This document shows, one piece after another, positions 8,626 to 21,200 of a DNA stretch of 64,000 nt (position 1 is its first letter; every line of letters starts with the position of its first letter). Source of the stretch: Candidatus Multivoradales bacterium (GTDB taxonomy: Bacteria; Acidobacteriota; Thermoanaerobaculia; Multivoradales; JAHEKO01); assembly GCA_965223155.1 (NCBI GenBank), contig CBDCVR010000015.1, forward strand, positions 1,024,001 to 1,088,000, in the 5' to 3' direction. The notes under the pieces were generated by a model. The model was given only the letters and a program-made list of their open reading frames with translations. It was not told where the DNA came from and made no database searches. The translations under genes were made by a program, and so were the position numbers.

Positions 8626-11217
8626 CTAGTTGACCGGATCTGCCGGCGGGTCGTCCCCGGGTTCGGGCGAAACGTCGTCCGGAACGTCATCCGGAGCATT
8701 TGGCGCCGCTGCAACTGCGACGGCCTCCGGGTCCGCGGCCGATCCGTCGTCTTCCCCGGCACCGTCTTCGGCTCGATCACCGAGCTTGGCCACCGCCACG
8801 ACCCGGTCCCCGGAGCCGAGATCCATGAGCTTGACGCCCTGGGTCGAGCGACCGCTCACCCGCACGCCTTCGACCGCGATGCGGATGATCTTGCCCTCCT
8901 GGGTGATCAACATGAGCTCGTCGTCCGGCGTCACCTGCTTGGCGCCGACCACCTGTCCGGTCTTCTCCGAGACCTTGAGGTTGATGATGCCCTTGCCGCC
9001 CCGGCTCTGGATCCGGTACTGATCGACCGGCGTACGCTTGCCGATGCCTCCTTCGGCGAGCGACAGGATCTCGCCGGCCTCCGGATCCAGGGTCTCCATG
9101 GCCACGACCCGGTCCCCCTTGCGCAGCAGAATGCCTCGAACGCCACGGGTGGCCCGGCCCATGGGGCGGGCGTCGGACTCCTGGAACCGGATCGAGAAGC
9201 CCTTGGCGGTAGCCAGCAGCACGGTTTTTGCGCCATCGGTCAGCCGCACGCCCAGCAGCCGATCACCCTTGTCGATGTTGATCGCCCGGATGCCTCCGGC
9301 TCGGGGCCGCGCGTAGGCGGAGAGCTCGGTCTTCTTGACCGTCCCCTTCTCGGTGGCGAAGAACAGGTACTGGCCTTCCGGAAAGTCCCGCACGGCGAGG
9401 GTCGTCGCCACCCGGTCGTCGGCCGACAGCTGCAACAGGTTGACGATGGCCTTGCCGCGGGCGGCCGGACCCATCTCCGGGATCTCGTGCACCTTGAGCC
9501 AGTGCACCTGGCCGGACTCGGTAAAGACGAGGACGTAACTGTGGGCAGTGGCGACGTACAGGTGTTCGACGAAGTCGCCTTCCTTGGTCACCATGCCGCG
9601 GCGGCCCTTGCCGCCCCGGTTCTGCGCCCGGTAGAGCGACAGCGGCGAGCGCTTGACGTAGCCCGAGTTGGTGACCGTGATCACCATCTCTTCGTCGGCG
9701 ATCATGTCCTCGACCGTGATCTCGTGGGTCTCGGGAATGATCTCGGTGCGGCGCGCATCGCCGAAAGCCTTCTTGATCTGCTCGAGCTCGTCCCGGATGA
9801 CGTCCAGAACCAGCCGATCGGAGGCCAGAATCGCGCGTAGCCGCTCGATCAGAGCCATCAGCTCCTTGTACTCCTCGACCACCTTCTCGCGCTCGAGGCC
9901 GGTCAGCTTCTGGAGCCGCATCTCCAGGATCGCCTGAGCCTGGGGCGCGGTCAGCGAGAACTCGGCGATCAGGCGCTCCCGGGCTTCGGCCGGCGTCTGA
10001 CTGGAGCGGATCGCGGTGATGATCTCGTCGAGCTGATCGAGCGCCTTGAGAATGCCCTCAAGGATGTGGGCGCGCTCTTCAGCCTTGCGTAGATCGAACC
10101 GGGTGCGCCGGATGATGATGGTCTTGCGATGGTCCAGGAAGTGCTTCAGCATCTGGTCCAGCGTCAAGAGCTTGGGCTGGTTGTCGACGATCGCCAGCAA
10201 GATGATGCCGAAGGTCGTCTGCATCTGGGTCAGCTTGTAGAGATGGTTGAGGACGATCTCGGCGATCTGGCCGCGCTTGATGTCGACCACGACCCGGATG
10301 CCCTTGCGATCCGACTCGTCCCGCAGATCGGTGATGCCCTCGATCTTCTTTTGCTGAACCAGTTGGGCGATCCGTTCCAGGAGTCGCGCCTTGTTGACCT
10401 GATACGGAAGCTCGGTGACGATGATCGACTGCCGATCGCCCTTGCGGCTGGTCTCGATCGCGGCCTTGGCGCGCACCTGGATGGTGCCGCGGCCGGTCCG
10501 GTAGGCGGTCTTGATGCCCTCGATGCCGTGGATGAAGCCGGCGGTGGGAAAATCCGGACCCGGAACGATCGCCATCAGGTCGTCGACGGTCGCCTCGGGG
10601 TGCTCGATCAGGTAGATGAGAGCATCCGCTACCTCGGTCAGGTTGTGCGGCGGCACGTTGGTGGCCATGCCCACGGCGATGCCGGCGGCGCCGTTGATGA
10701 GCAGATTCGGCATCCGCGCCGGTAGGACCATCGGCTCTTGCAGCGAGCCGTCGTAGTTGAGGCCCCAGTCCACCGTCTCCTTGTCGATGTCGTCGCGCAA
10801 CATCTCCTCGGCGAGCTTGGTCAGCCGCACCTCGGTGTAGCGCATTGCCGCCGCGCTATCGCCGTCGACCGAACCGAAGTTGCCCTGGCCGTCGACCAGC
10901 GGATAGCGCATGGAAAAATCCTGCGCCAGGCGCACCACGGTGTCGTAGATCGCGCTGTCGCCGTGCGGGTGGTACTTCCCCATGACGCTACCGACGATGC
11001 GCGCCGATTTCTTGTACGGGCGGTTCGAACGGTTGCCGCTCTCCCACATGCCGTAGAGGACGCGCCGGTGCACGGGCTTCAAGCCGTCGCGCACGTCCGG
11101 CAGCGCGCGTCCCACGATCACGCTCATGGCGTAATCGATGTAGCTGCGCTTCATCTCGTCTTCGATGTCGACGACGACGGCGTTGTCGAAGGGCAGGACT
11201 TGGTCGTGTTCGCTCAT
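8626..11217 (-). CDS. gyrA: DNA gyrase subunit A
   Basis: [26 protein letters not shown], GyrA-box QNRGGKG. Confidence 0.98.
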   Translation of the reverse strand: MSEHDQVLPFDNAVVVDIEDEMKRSYIDYAMSVIVGRALPDVRDGLKPVHRRVLYGMWESGNRSNRPYKKSARIVGSVMGKYHPHGDSAIYDTVVRLAQDFSMRYPLVDGQGNFGSVDGDSAAAMRYTEVRLTKLAEEMLRDDIDKETVDWGLNYDGSLQEPMVLPARMPNLLINGAAGIAVGMATNVPPHNLTEVADALIYLIEHPEATVDDLMAIVPGPDFPTAGFIHGIEGIKTAYRTGRGTIQVRAKAAIETSRKGDRQSIIVTELPYQVNKARLLERIAQLVQQKKIEGITDLRDESDRKGIRVVVDIKRGQIAEIVLNHLYKLTQMQTTFGIILLAIVDNQPKLLTLDQMLKHFLDHRKTIIIRRTRFDLRKAEERAHILEGILKALDQLDEIITAIRSSQTPAEARERLIAEFSLTAPQAQAILEMRLQKLTGLEREKVVEEYKELMALIERLRAILASDRLVLDVIRDELEQIKKAFGDARRTEIIPETHEITVEDMIADEEMVITVTNSGYVKRSPLSLYRAQNRGGKGRRGMVTKEGDFVEHLYVATAHSYVLVFTESGQVHWLKVHEIPEMGPAARGKAIVNLLQLSADDRVATTLAVRDFPEGQYLFFATEKGTVKKTELSAYARPRAGGIRAINIDKGDRLLGVRLTDGAKTVLLATAKGFSIRFQESDARPMGRATRGVRGILLRKGDRVVAMETLDPEAGEILSLAEGGIGKRTPVDQYRIQSRGGKGIINLKVSEKTGQVVGAKQVTPDDELMLITQEGKIIRIAVEGVRVSGRSTQGVKLMDLGSGDRVVAVAKLGDRAEDGAGEDDGSAADPEAVAVAAAPNAPDDVPDDVSPEPGDDPPADPVN

Positions 11218-11268
11218 GGGGAGTAACTCGCTGGTTGCGTTGCCTGGGTGTCCGACGGACGGGCCTGA

Positions 11269-13719
<2,451 letters not shown>

Positions 13720-13834
13720 CTACCCGGCAACCGGGCCCTTGGCCCGTCGTGTTTCTAGCGATCGGATGTGCCGGGATCGAGTCGCGAGCGGCCCGGATCG
13801 GGCGGAGCCTCACCGGTTTTCGCGACCGCTTCGA

Positions 13835-13862
13835 AGTATATCATCCTGGACCCCTGAAGCAA
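13835..13862 (-). promoter_or_regulatory. Putative sigma70 promoter of gyrB
   Basis: Minus strand TTGCTT-16 nt-TATACT with an extended TG motif, in the AT-richer recF-gyrB spacer. Confidence 0.55.
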
Positions 13863-13923
13863 GGATCTAAAGCCTTTACTTTCAGCGACTTAAGGACGAA
13901 TTTTCAGTCCTTGGCGAAAATCT

Positions 13924-15150
13924 TCAAAGAGCCGCCAGAAGGCCACTTTCGAGGCACCAGGAGGCGGTATTTCGGAGTCGCTTCGCGACCTTCCGATGAG
14001 CCGAGGAGACCAGGACTTGAGGCATCTCGGAAAAGAGACTCCAGGCGATTTCGAGACGCGATCGGTCCAACTCGGCATCGAGGTCGTCGAGCAGAACCAC
14101 GGGCACCCGGCCCGTCGCCGCCAGAACCCGGGCGCGGGCGGCGGTGAGCGCCAGGCCAAAGAGCTTGCGCTCTCCGGCCGAGGCCGCCTTGCCGATGTCG
14201 GTCTCGACCCAGCGTAGAACCAACCGGTCGAGATGCGGCCCGACCAGAATGCGGCGCCGATCGACCTCCCGCGACCGGGCGCGGGCCAAGGCGTCGCGCA
14301 CCTCGTCCGCCGATTCCGGTACCTTCACCGCGGGCGGCTGCTCCGGTCCGGAGTCGTCTTGGCTCCCTTGCGGGCGGCCCGTCTGCAAGTTGGACCTCAG
14401 GTTGGGTCGGTACTCGAGAGCGACCGCCGGCAGCGGCAGCTCGTGGTCCGAGATCACCTGCCGAAGCGCCTGGTCGAGACGGGTGACGTAGTCCTGGCGA
14501 AGCCGGATGAGGGCAAAGCCGGAGATCGCCAGAAGATCGTTCCAGGCCTCGAGAGAGCGAGCACCGTCAGGACCCTTTCGCCCCGAGCCAGCAAAGCTGT
14601 TAGAGCCAGCAGAGCCGGCCAATCCCCTCTTCAGAAGCTCTCGCTTCTCGGCCAGCACTCGCCGGTAGTCGCGCAGGTGCTCGACCGCTAGCGGGTTCTC
14701 TCCCACCACGCCCTGATCCAGGAGCCGGCGCCTGAGCGCCGGATCACCATCCAGAAGGTCCCGGTCCGCGGCCGACCAGGAAAGCGCCGGTAGGAACTCC
14801 AGATAGCGGGCCACGGAGACGTTCTTGCCGTCGGCCTGCCGTCGCCTCGTGGTTCCGGCGTAGCCGGCGGCAAGCTCCGCCCCGGAGGTTCGGCCATGGA
14901 CCCAGAACTCGCTCGCCCCCCAACGCCGGCAGTCGGACGGGCGCGCCGTCCGGAAGCTCTTGGTCGTGGCCAGAAAGTAGACGGCTTCGAGGACCGAGGT
15001 CTTGCCGGCGCCGTTGTCTCCGACGATGAGCTGCGGGCCAGGCGGAATGGACCAGCGCAGGCTCTCGAAACAGCGGAAGTCGCTGAGCGTCAGACGCTCC
15101 AGGAGGCGAGGGAACTCTTCGGCGTTGTCCGCGCCGCTTCTAACCTGCAC
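13924..15150 (-). CDS. recF: DNA replication/repair protein RecF
   Basis: GDNGAGKT, KSFR, GPHLD, SAGE, LLDDLDAELD; lies between dnaN and gyrB. Start uncertain. Confidence 0.92.
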   Translation of the reverse strand: MQVRSGADNAEEFPRLLERLTLSDFRCFESLRWSIPPGPQLIVGDNGAGKTSVLEAVYFLATTKSFRTARPSDCRRWGASEFWVHGRTSGAELAAGYAGTTRRRQADGKNVSVARYLEFLPALSWSAADRDLLDGDPALRRRLLDQGVVGENPLAVEHLRDYRRVLAEKRELLKRGLAGSAGSNSFAGSGRKGPDGARSLEAWNDLLAISGFALIRLRQDYVTRLDQALRQVISDHELPLPAVALEYRPNLRSNLQTGRPQGSQDDSGPEQPPAVKVPESADEVRDALARARSREVDRRRILVGPHLDRLVLRWVETDIGKAASAGERKLFGLALTAARARVLAATGRVPVVLLDDLDAELDRSRLEIAWSLFSEMPQVLVSSAHRKVAKRLRNTASWCLESGLLAAL

Positions 15151-15282
15151 GTCTCAATGTCTCGATATAGCAGTGTCGCAGTGTCTCAGCAGGGGCTTGG
15201 TTCGAGAAGCTACAAGTGCTTGGAGAGACACGGCTTGCGACCGAGGCGACGCAAGGCTAGCAGTCGGCGGGAGAGGTCCCGG

Positions 15283-16380
15283 CTAGATCCGCATCGGCAT
15301 GATGACGCACAGGTACCGCTTGTCCGACCCCTCGACCGGATAGCCGATGCACTGCGTGTTCTCATCCTTGAGATCCAGGCGAACGCGGTCGGTATCGACC
15401 GCGTTCAGAAACTGGACGATGTAGTCGGGGTTCATCCCGATCTGGATCTCGCCGCCCTCGAACTCACAGGGCAGCTCCTCGCGGGCCTCTCCCAGGTCGG
15501 GGTTGGTCGCGGTGATGAGGAGATTGCCTTCGGACAGAGACATGCGCACCGCCCGCGCCCGGTCGCCGGTCAGAAGGGCCGCGCGCTGGACCGCTTGGAT
15601 CAGCTCCTTGCGATCGAAGAACGCCTGACGGTCGTTGTCCTTCGAGATCACTCGCTCGTAGTCAGGGAACGTTCCTTCCAGGATGCGGCAGATGAGCTCC
15701 CGACCTTCGAGACGAAACGACAGGTGATGGTCGTTGCGGCTGAACTCGATCTCGCCATCGCTCTCGAAACGCTGAAGCTCCTGGAGCGCCTTGCGGGGTA
15801 CCAGCACGCCTTCGCCGGCGACACCGCCGTCCAGGTCGTGCTCGACCAGGGCCAAACGGTGACCGTCGGTGGCCACCAGCTCGATGCCGCCGTCGTTGAT
15901 CTTGAGCAACGCGCCGTTGAGCTGGAAACGCGACTCCTCGGTCGAGACGGCAAAGAGCACCCGGGCGATGGCTCTCTTGAAGGCCTCAAACGAAAACTTG
16001 AGACTGCCGTCTGGAGCAACTTCGGGAAGGGTCGGGAAGTCTTCGGCGGCAAGCGTGTTGATCTTGAAGCGGGAGTGTCCGGCTTCGATCCTGAGCCGCC
16101 TTTCGTCCTCGACCGTGAGCGCGACCTCCTCGGCCCCTACCGCGCGCACAATCTCGTGAAACTTGCGCGCCTGGACGGCGACCGCGCCCGGAGCCTTGAC
16201 CTCGGCAGGGGCGGACGAAATCAGGGAGACGTCGAGGTCGGTCGAAGCGAAATGCAGACGTTCGTCTTCGGCTCGCAGCAGGATGTGGGACAGGACGGGA
16301 ATCGTCGTCCGCCGCTCGACGATGCCCTGCATAGGGCTGAGCTCGGCCAGAAGGCGGGAACGTTGTACGCGAACTTCCAT
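15283..16380 (-). CDS. dnaN: DNA polymerase III beta clamp
   Basis: VATDGHRL, FPDYERVI, C-terminal VIMPMRI. Confidence 0.98.
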   Translation of the reverse strand: MEVRVQRSRLLAELSPMQGIVERRTTIPVLSHILLRAEDERLHFASTDLDVSLISSAPAEVKAPGAVAVQARKFHEIVRAVGAEEVALTVEDERRLRIEAGHSRFKINTLAAEDFPTLPEVAPDGSLKFSFEAFKRAIARVLFAVSTEESRFQLNGALLKINDGGIELVATDGHRLALVEHDLDGGVAGEGVLVPRKALQELQRFESDGEIEFSRNDHHLSFRLEGRELICRILEGTFPDYERVISKDNDRQAFFDRKELIQAVQRAALLTGDRARAVRMSLSEGNLLITATNPDLGEAREELPCEFEGGEIQIGMNPDYIVQFLNAVDTDRVRLDLKDENTQCIGYPVEGSDKRYLCVIMPMRI

Positions 16381-16400
16381 GGGGTCTACCTCTTCTTAGG

Positions 16401-16613
16401 AATATCGGAAATTAGCATAAGTAGTAGTAGTACTAGGGACTGCGGATTGCGGGGATGACGCCGTAAACCGTTTGCTTCGAACGAGGTCCGCAGTCTCGGG
16501 TTCCGGAAGGGAATGCTGAAAAACTGTGCCGGGCGTGCGGAAGAACGGTGCAAGGTCCGAGGCCGGCGGAAGTTTCATCGATCGCTGGACGCTTATCCGC
16601 AGGATTTTCCGCG
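16401..16613. other. oriC unwinding region: DnaA-trios, GC spacer and variant DnaA boxes
   Basis: AAG TAG TAG TAG TAC TAG (16419-16436), GGAC, TGCGGATTG (16441-16449); further boxes TGCGGAAGA (16536), TTATCCGCA (16593), TTTTCCGCG (16605); AT-rich flank. Confidence 0.8.
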
Positions 16614-16646
16614 TGGCATTCGGGACAGGTGGTCCGGACGATTGCG

Positions 16647-17933
16647 TCAGGACAACTGGCGCTCGAGATGGGTCAGGGTGCGCTTGAGCTCCTGATCTTC
16701 GTCGGCGCGTTCGGCGATCTTCTCGACCGAGTACATGACGGTCGAGTGATGCTTGTTGTTGAACTCTTTGCCGATCTCCGGATACGACATCTCGGTGAGC
16801 TGCTTACAGAGATACATCGCCACCTGGCGTGGAAAGACGATCTGCTGCGAGTTGTTGCGCGACTTGATCTCCTTGACCTTGAGCCCATAGTGGGCGGCGA
16901 CCGCTTTGACGATGTCCTTGGCGGTCAGGCGCGGAGATTCGGGAAGAATGTCCTTGAGGGTTTCCTTGGCGAGTTCGAGCGATAGCGGCCGGCCGGTGAG
17001 CGAGGCAAAGGCGAGGACGCGATTCAGCAGGCCCTCGAGCTCGCGCACGTTCGAGCGCACCTGCTGAGCGATGAAGTGGGCGACCTCGTCCGGCACGGTG
17101 AGTTGCTCGGTGTCGGCCTTCTTGCGCAGGATCGCGACCTTGGTCTCGAGATCGGGAGACTGGATGTCGGCGATGAGACCCCACTCGAAGCGGCTGCGCA
17201 GACGCTCTTCGAGATCGGGGATGTTCCGGGGCGGAGCGTCCGAGGAGAGGATGATCTGTTTCTGGCCGGTGTAGAGCGTGTTGAAAGTATGAAAGAACTC
17301 TTCCTGGGTACGCTCCTTGTTGGCCAGGAACTGGATGTCATCGACGAGGAGGACGTCAATCGTGCGGTAGCGCTCGCGAAAGGCCGGCATCCGGTTGAAG
17401 CGAAGCGAGCTGATGAGGTCGTTGACGAACTGCTCGGCGGCCAAGTAGATGATCTTGAGCTCGGGATGCTCGAGCTGAAGGCGGTGCCCGATGGCATGGA
17501 GCAGATGGGTCTTGCCCAATCCGACGCCGCCGTAGAGGAACAGCGGGTTGTAGCTACGAAAGGGCGTCTCCGCGACCGCGCGCGCGGCGGCATAGGCGAA
17601 TTGGTTCGAGTTGCCGACCACGAACGAGTCGAAGACGTAGCGAGGGTTGAACCTGGAGCCCCGGACGGCGGCTCGCTTGGGCGCCGGCTCGGAATCCTCG
17701 ACCGAGAATAGAACTTCACAGGGTGCATCGCTCAGGCCGGCGATGGCCCGGTCGACCGCGGGGCGGTAGCTGGCTTCGAGGGTGTTCAGGAAATTGCCGT
17801 TCGGGGCCACAAGCACCAGCCGGTCGGATTCCTCGCGGGCGACCTTGAGGGGCCGGAACCAGGTCGAGAATTCTTCCGGATCCAGCTCGTTTTCGAGCTG
17901 GTTGCGAAGTCGGGACCACAACGAATCAGACAT
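16647..17933 (-). CDS. dnaA: Chromosomal replication initiator DnaA
   Basis: YNPLFLYGGVGLGKTHLL, DDIQF, RLRSRFEWGL, NVRELEG. Confidence 0.98.
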   Translation of the reverse strand: MSDSLWSRLRNQLENELDPEEFSTWFRPLKVAREESDRLVLVAPNGNFLNTLEASYRPAVDRAIAGLSDAPCEVLFSVEDSEPAPKRAAVRGSRFNPRYVFDSFVVGNSNQFAYAAARAVAETPFRSYNPLFLYGGVGLGKTHLLHAIGHRLQLEHPELKIIYLAAEQFVNDLISSLRFNRMPAFRERYRTIDVLLVDDIQFLANKERTQEEFFHTFNTLYTGQKQIILSSDAPPRNIPDLEERLRSRFEWGLIADIQSPDLETKVAILRKKADTEQLTVPDEVAHFIAQQVRSNVRELEGLLNRVLAFASLTGRPLSLELAKETLKDILPESPRLTAKDIVKAVAAHYGLKVKEIKSRNNSQQIVFPRQVAMYLCKQLTEMSYPEIGKEFNNKHHSTVMYSVEKIAERADEDQELKRTLTHLERQLS

Positions 17934-17951
17934 AACCTTCCCTCTCGGCAA

Positions 17952-17983
17952 CTTTCCACATTCTGTGGAATAGTTGTGGAAAA
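17952..17983. promoter_or_regulatory. Three DnaA boxes immediately upstream of dnaA
   Basis: CTTTCCACA (17952), TGTGGAATA (17964) and TGTGGAAAA (17975) versus consensus TTWTNCACA. Confidence 0.8.
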
Positions 17984-18135
17984 CCGCCGTACCGGTACGC
18001 GCCGCTCGGGCTTGGGACTCAGGCGGGACAGAGCTACGTTACCACAGCTTGCAAGGGCCGGCCAGCGGCCCGGAAATGTCCTTTTTCGACGCTCGGTTAG
18101 CGGCTCTTTCGAACTTGGCACGGGTCGTGCTTATT

Positions 18136-18311
18136 TGAGAGGGCAGTAGAGTTTTGGGTTATTCGGGGAGGTCCACCCTCACACCAATTTCCTACCCTAT
18201 CTAGGAGTTTCGGCTCTTCAAGTCACCAAGTTACCCGCCAAGTTCCCCTTTCTACAGGGGTAGAGCCAACAAGCCAACCACCTAGGACCTCCCCCGGTAA
18301 CCGTTCTCTCA
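18136..18311 (+). ncRNA. Candidate structured ncRNA (rod-like, 6S-like architecture)
   Basis: 18157-18174 pairs with 18285-18302 (17 of 18, including G-U); 18136-18144 pairs with 18303-18311; A/C-rich internal bubble and an inner stem. Confidence 0.35.
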
Positions 18312-18405
18312 GCCTTCCCTTTTTTCCCTTAGACTCGGGCGATTTTCCCGGCGAACGGCCGAATGGGCCGCGCCATTTTGGCCGCCATCCAGGCGGCAAC
18401 GCCCG

Positions 18406-19539
18406 ATGCCCGATTCGCCGGCCAGCCGACACCAGCTCGACCACCCGCGCACTCGGTCCAAGAAGAGCCCGGGACGTCGACTCCTCGATTGGTTCGCCGC
18501 CAACCGGCGCGAGCTGCCCTGGCGGCGGAACCGTGACCCGTACCGGGTCTGGGTCTCCGAGGTGATGCTTCAGCAGACCCGCGTGGAGACCGTTCTGGGC
18601 TACTACGAGGGCTTCCTGGAACGCTTCCCGACCATCGATTCGCTGGCTCGGGCGGAGCTCGAAGAGGTTCTGGCGGCCTGGTCGGGCCTGGGCTACTACC
18701 GGCGGGCACGGCTCCTCCACCGTTCGGCGCAAGCGGTAGCCGAAGCCGGAAGCTTTCCGGTCGGGTACGAAGCCTGGCGTGAGCTTTCAGGAATAGGCGA
18801 GTACACCGCGGCCGCTCTCGCGAGCCAGCTCGACGGCGAGGCCCGGCTAGCGGTCGACGGCAACGTGGAGCGGGTCGTGAGCCGGCTGATTGCCTACGAG
18901 GGCGATCCCCGCTCGGCCGAGGGCCGGCGGCTGATCGTCGAGGCGGGAAGCGCGCTTCTGGATGCCGAGACGCCGGGCACTTCGAACGAGGCCCTGATCG
19001 AGCTGGGCGCCACAGTATGCACGGCGAGAAGGCCCGCCTGCGCAAGCTGCTCGCTCGCCGCCGGCTGCGGATCTTTCGAGCAAGACATCGCCGAGCTCCT
19101 GCCCGTGCGCTCGCCGCGGCGGCCGATCGAGACCGAGAGGCGATTGGTCGTAGTGGCGCGTGATGATCGCGGCAGGACTCTTCTGTTCCGGCGGGCCGAG
19201 GACGCCGAGGTCCTGGCCGGCACCTGGGAGCTCCCCTGGATCGAGCTCGACGGGCCGGAGCCAAGACCGGTATCCAGCCGGAGCGCCGGCGCGCGGCTGC
19301 GCTCACGCTACGGCGGAGTCTGGAAGCTGGGCCGGGACCTGGGAAGCGCTCGCCATGCCATCACCTTCCGACGTCTGGAGCTCGAAGCCTTCGAGGCGTT
19401 GGCGAGCTTCGAGACCGACGGCGAGGTGAGCGAGGTGGCGGAGGGTCCGCTCGGGCGCTACCTCGCCGCCGCCGAGCTGGCGCGACTCCCCCGTTCGTCT
19501 CTGGTCGAGAAGATCCTGGCGCTCGCGGGCGACTCGTGA
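18406..19539 (+). CDS. mutY: A/G-specific adenine glycosylase
   Basis: WVSEVMLQQT, WSGLGYYRRAR, GIGEYTA, VDGNV, C-X6-C-X2-C-X5-C iron-sulfur motif. Confidence 0.95.
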   Translation: MPDSPASRHQLDHPRTRSKKSPGRRLLDWFAANRRELPWRRNRDPYRVWVSEVMLQQTRVETVLGYYEGFLERFPTIDSLARAELEEVLAAWSGLGYYRRARLLHRSAQAVAEAGSFPVGYEAWRELSGIGEYTAAALASQLDGEARLAVDGNVERVVSRLIAYEGDPRSAEGRRLIVEAGSALLDAETPGTSNEALIELGATVCTARRPACASCSLAAGCGSFEQDIAELLPVRSPRRPIETERRLVVVARDDRGRTLLFRRAEDAEVLAGTWELPWIELDGPEPRPVSSRSAGARLRSRYGGVWKLGRDLGSARHAITFRRLELEAFEALASFETDGEVSEVAEGPLGRYLAAAELARLPRSSLVEKILALAGDS

Positions 19540-19581
19540 AGCCAGCCGGTCCTTCGCGCCGAAGGCCAGACCGCGGCTTGT

Positions 19582-20580
19582 TCAGGGCAGCTCGAGCGAC
19601 GGGTCGATGTCGCCGCCGGCCAGGAGGAACCAGCCGACCAGCTTCTCTTCCAGCTCGCGGATACGCTTGGCGGCGAGCGAAGTCAGGATGCTCAAGAGAC
19701 GTACCGAGGAGACCTTGTCGATGTCGAGCAGCCCTTCGACCACCGAACGCGGCAGGGCCAGCACGGTTACCGCCTCGTCGGGATGGGCGCGGGCGTCGGC
19801 CGAGCGGGATCGGTGGTCGATCAGCGCCATCTCGCCGAAGTACTCGCCACGTTCCAGAAACGCCAGCGCCTCCTCGCCGATGCCGGGGATGTTCTTGCTG
19901 ATCATGACCGTGCCTTCGGCGACGACGTACATCTTGTCCCCGGTCTCGCCCTCGCGAAAGATCGGCTGGCCGGGCTCGAAATGCTCTTCACGGGACAGGG
20001 ACGCCAGGAAGTTGATCTCCATCGGCGACAGGCGCTGCTCGCGAAAGAGATCGACCTTGTGCCCCATGTTCATGTCGCTGGCCGAGGTCGGCCGATCGTG
20101 GGCGGGCTTGGTCAGATGCGGCATCTGGGAGTCCGAAGCGAAGATGCGGATCAAGCGGTCGTTCGACAGGCGGAGTTTCCTCGACAGGCTCTTCCAGAGT
20201 GCCCAGTGGAGGGCGAGCTCGAGGCGAGCGTCATCGGCGATGGCCCCGGCCACTTTCGGAGCGTCGAAAACCACCACGTTGGCATCTTCCAGAATCTCCG
20301 CGTCGCCTTCCCGGGTAGCGGCGGTCAGGAAGCCGTCCTCGCCGAAGAGATCGCCGGAGCGCGGGATGAAGAGCTCGAAGCTGCCGAAGGCGGTCATGCG
20401 GCGGACGCGGATATCGCCGTCTTCGAGCAGGAAGAAGTCTCCCGGAGCGTCGCCTTCGTTGAAGACCAGGCCGCCGGCTTCGAAGGAGCACGGCGAGAGA
20501 CACTCGCTCAAGAGGGTCAGCTCGCGCGGTCCGAAGTGGGAAAAGGTATCTAGGAGGTGGAGGCGCTCGGCGTTCTGCAA
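19582..20580 (-). CDS. Tandem cyclic nucleotide-binding domain protein
   Basis: Two CNB-like units (FNEGD...FGEDGF...REGDA and FREGE...FGEMALI...RSADA); no HTH visible. Confidence 0.85.
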   Translation of the reverse strand: MQNAERLHLLDTFSHFGPRELTLLSECLSPCSFEAGGLVFNEGDAPGDFFLLEDGDIRVRRMTAFGSFELFIPRSGDLFGEDGFLTAATREGDAEILEDANVVVFDAPKVAGAIADDARLELALHWALWKSLSRKLRLSNDRLIRIFASDSQMPHLTKPAHDRPTSASDMNMGHKVDLFREQRLSPMEINFLASLSREEHFEPGQPIFREGETGDKMYVVAEGTVMISKNIPGIGEEALAFLERGEYFGEMALIDHRSRSADARAHPDEAVTVLALPRSVVEGLLDIDKVSSVRLLSILTSLAAKRIRELEEKLVGWFLLAGGDIDPSLELP

Positions 20581-20605
20581 GACCGGACCATTCTACGGCT
20601 CCGGC

Positions 20606-21172
20606 TCAGGAAACCGGAAAGCGTTCGAGGATTGCCGACTCGGCGCGGCCCAGCCAACGGTCGCGCTCGTTCGGGTCGAGACGCACAACGGCGAGATTTC
20701 GCTCCCGGATCTCGGCCAGGAGCCTTGTGTCGACCGCGGTCTGGAAGTCGGGATCGGTCGCCCGCACGCCGTCGGCCGAGGGCGGCTCGACGATGGGCAC
20801 GTGGACGAGCAGATCGTAGGATGCCATCCAGGCGCCGACCACCGGCTCGAGCGAAGCCTGAGGGCCGTCGGCCAGGAGAAGGTAGACGTAATTGTCCAGA
20901 AGACTGCGATCGCACAGGACCGCGGGATACCGGGCCGAAGCAGAGAGCTCCTCGGCGATCTGGGTATGAAGAATCCAGGACTGAGCTTCGAGGCTGGTCT
21001 GCTCGTTGATGGGCAAGGGACAGCGGCGGGCGACTTCGTGGACGACCTCGAGGGCGACGTCGCGCGCCTTGAGCCGGGCCGCGAGGCCGTAGCAGAGGGT
21101 GGTCTTGCCGACCCCGTGGCTGCCGATGAAGGCGACCTTGAACCCCTGGCTGTCAGGCGCGGCTATGGGCAT
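20606..21172 (-). CDS. NadR/AAA_28-like P-loop kinase/ATPase
   Basis: FIGSHGVGKTT, EVAR, LCDRSLLD, DGVR. Confidence 0.8.
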   Translation of the reverse strand: MPIAAPDSQGFKVAFIGSHGVGKTTLCYGLAARLKARDVALEVVHEVARRCPLPINEQTSLEAQSWILHTQIAEELSASARYPAVLCDRSLLDNYVYLLLADGPQASLEPVVGAWMASYDLLVHVPIVEPPSADGVRATDPDFQTAVDTRLLAEIRERNLAVVRLDPNERDRWLGRAESAILERFPVS

Positions 21173-21200
21173 CGCGAGATTCTATGCCGCTGGGTGGGTG

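Noticed and set aside
10940-10980. Quinolone-resistance substitution in GyrA
   Set aside because: The QRDR reads HGDSAIYD, with wild-type Ser and Asp.
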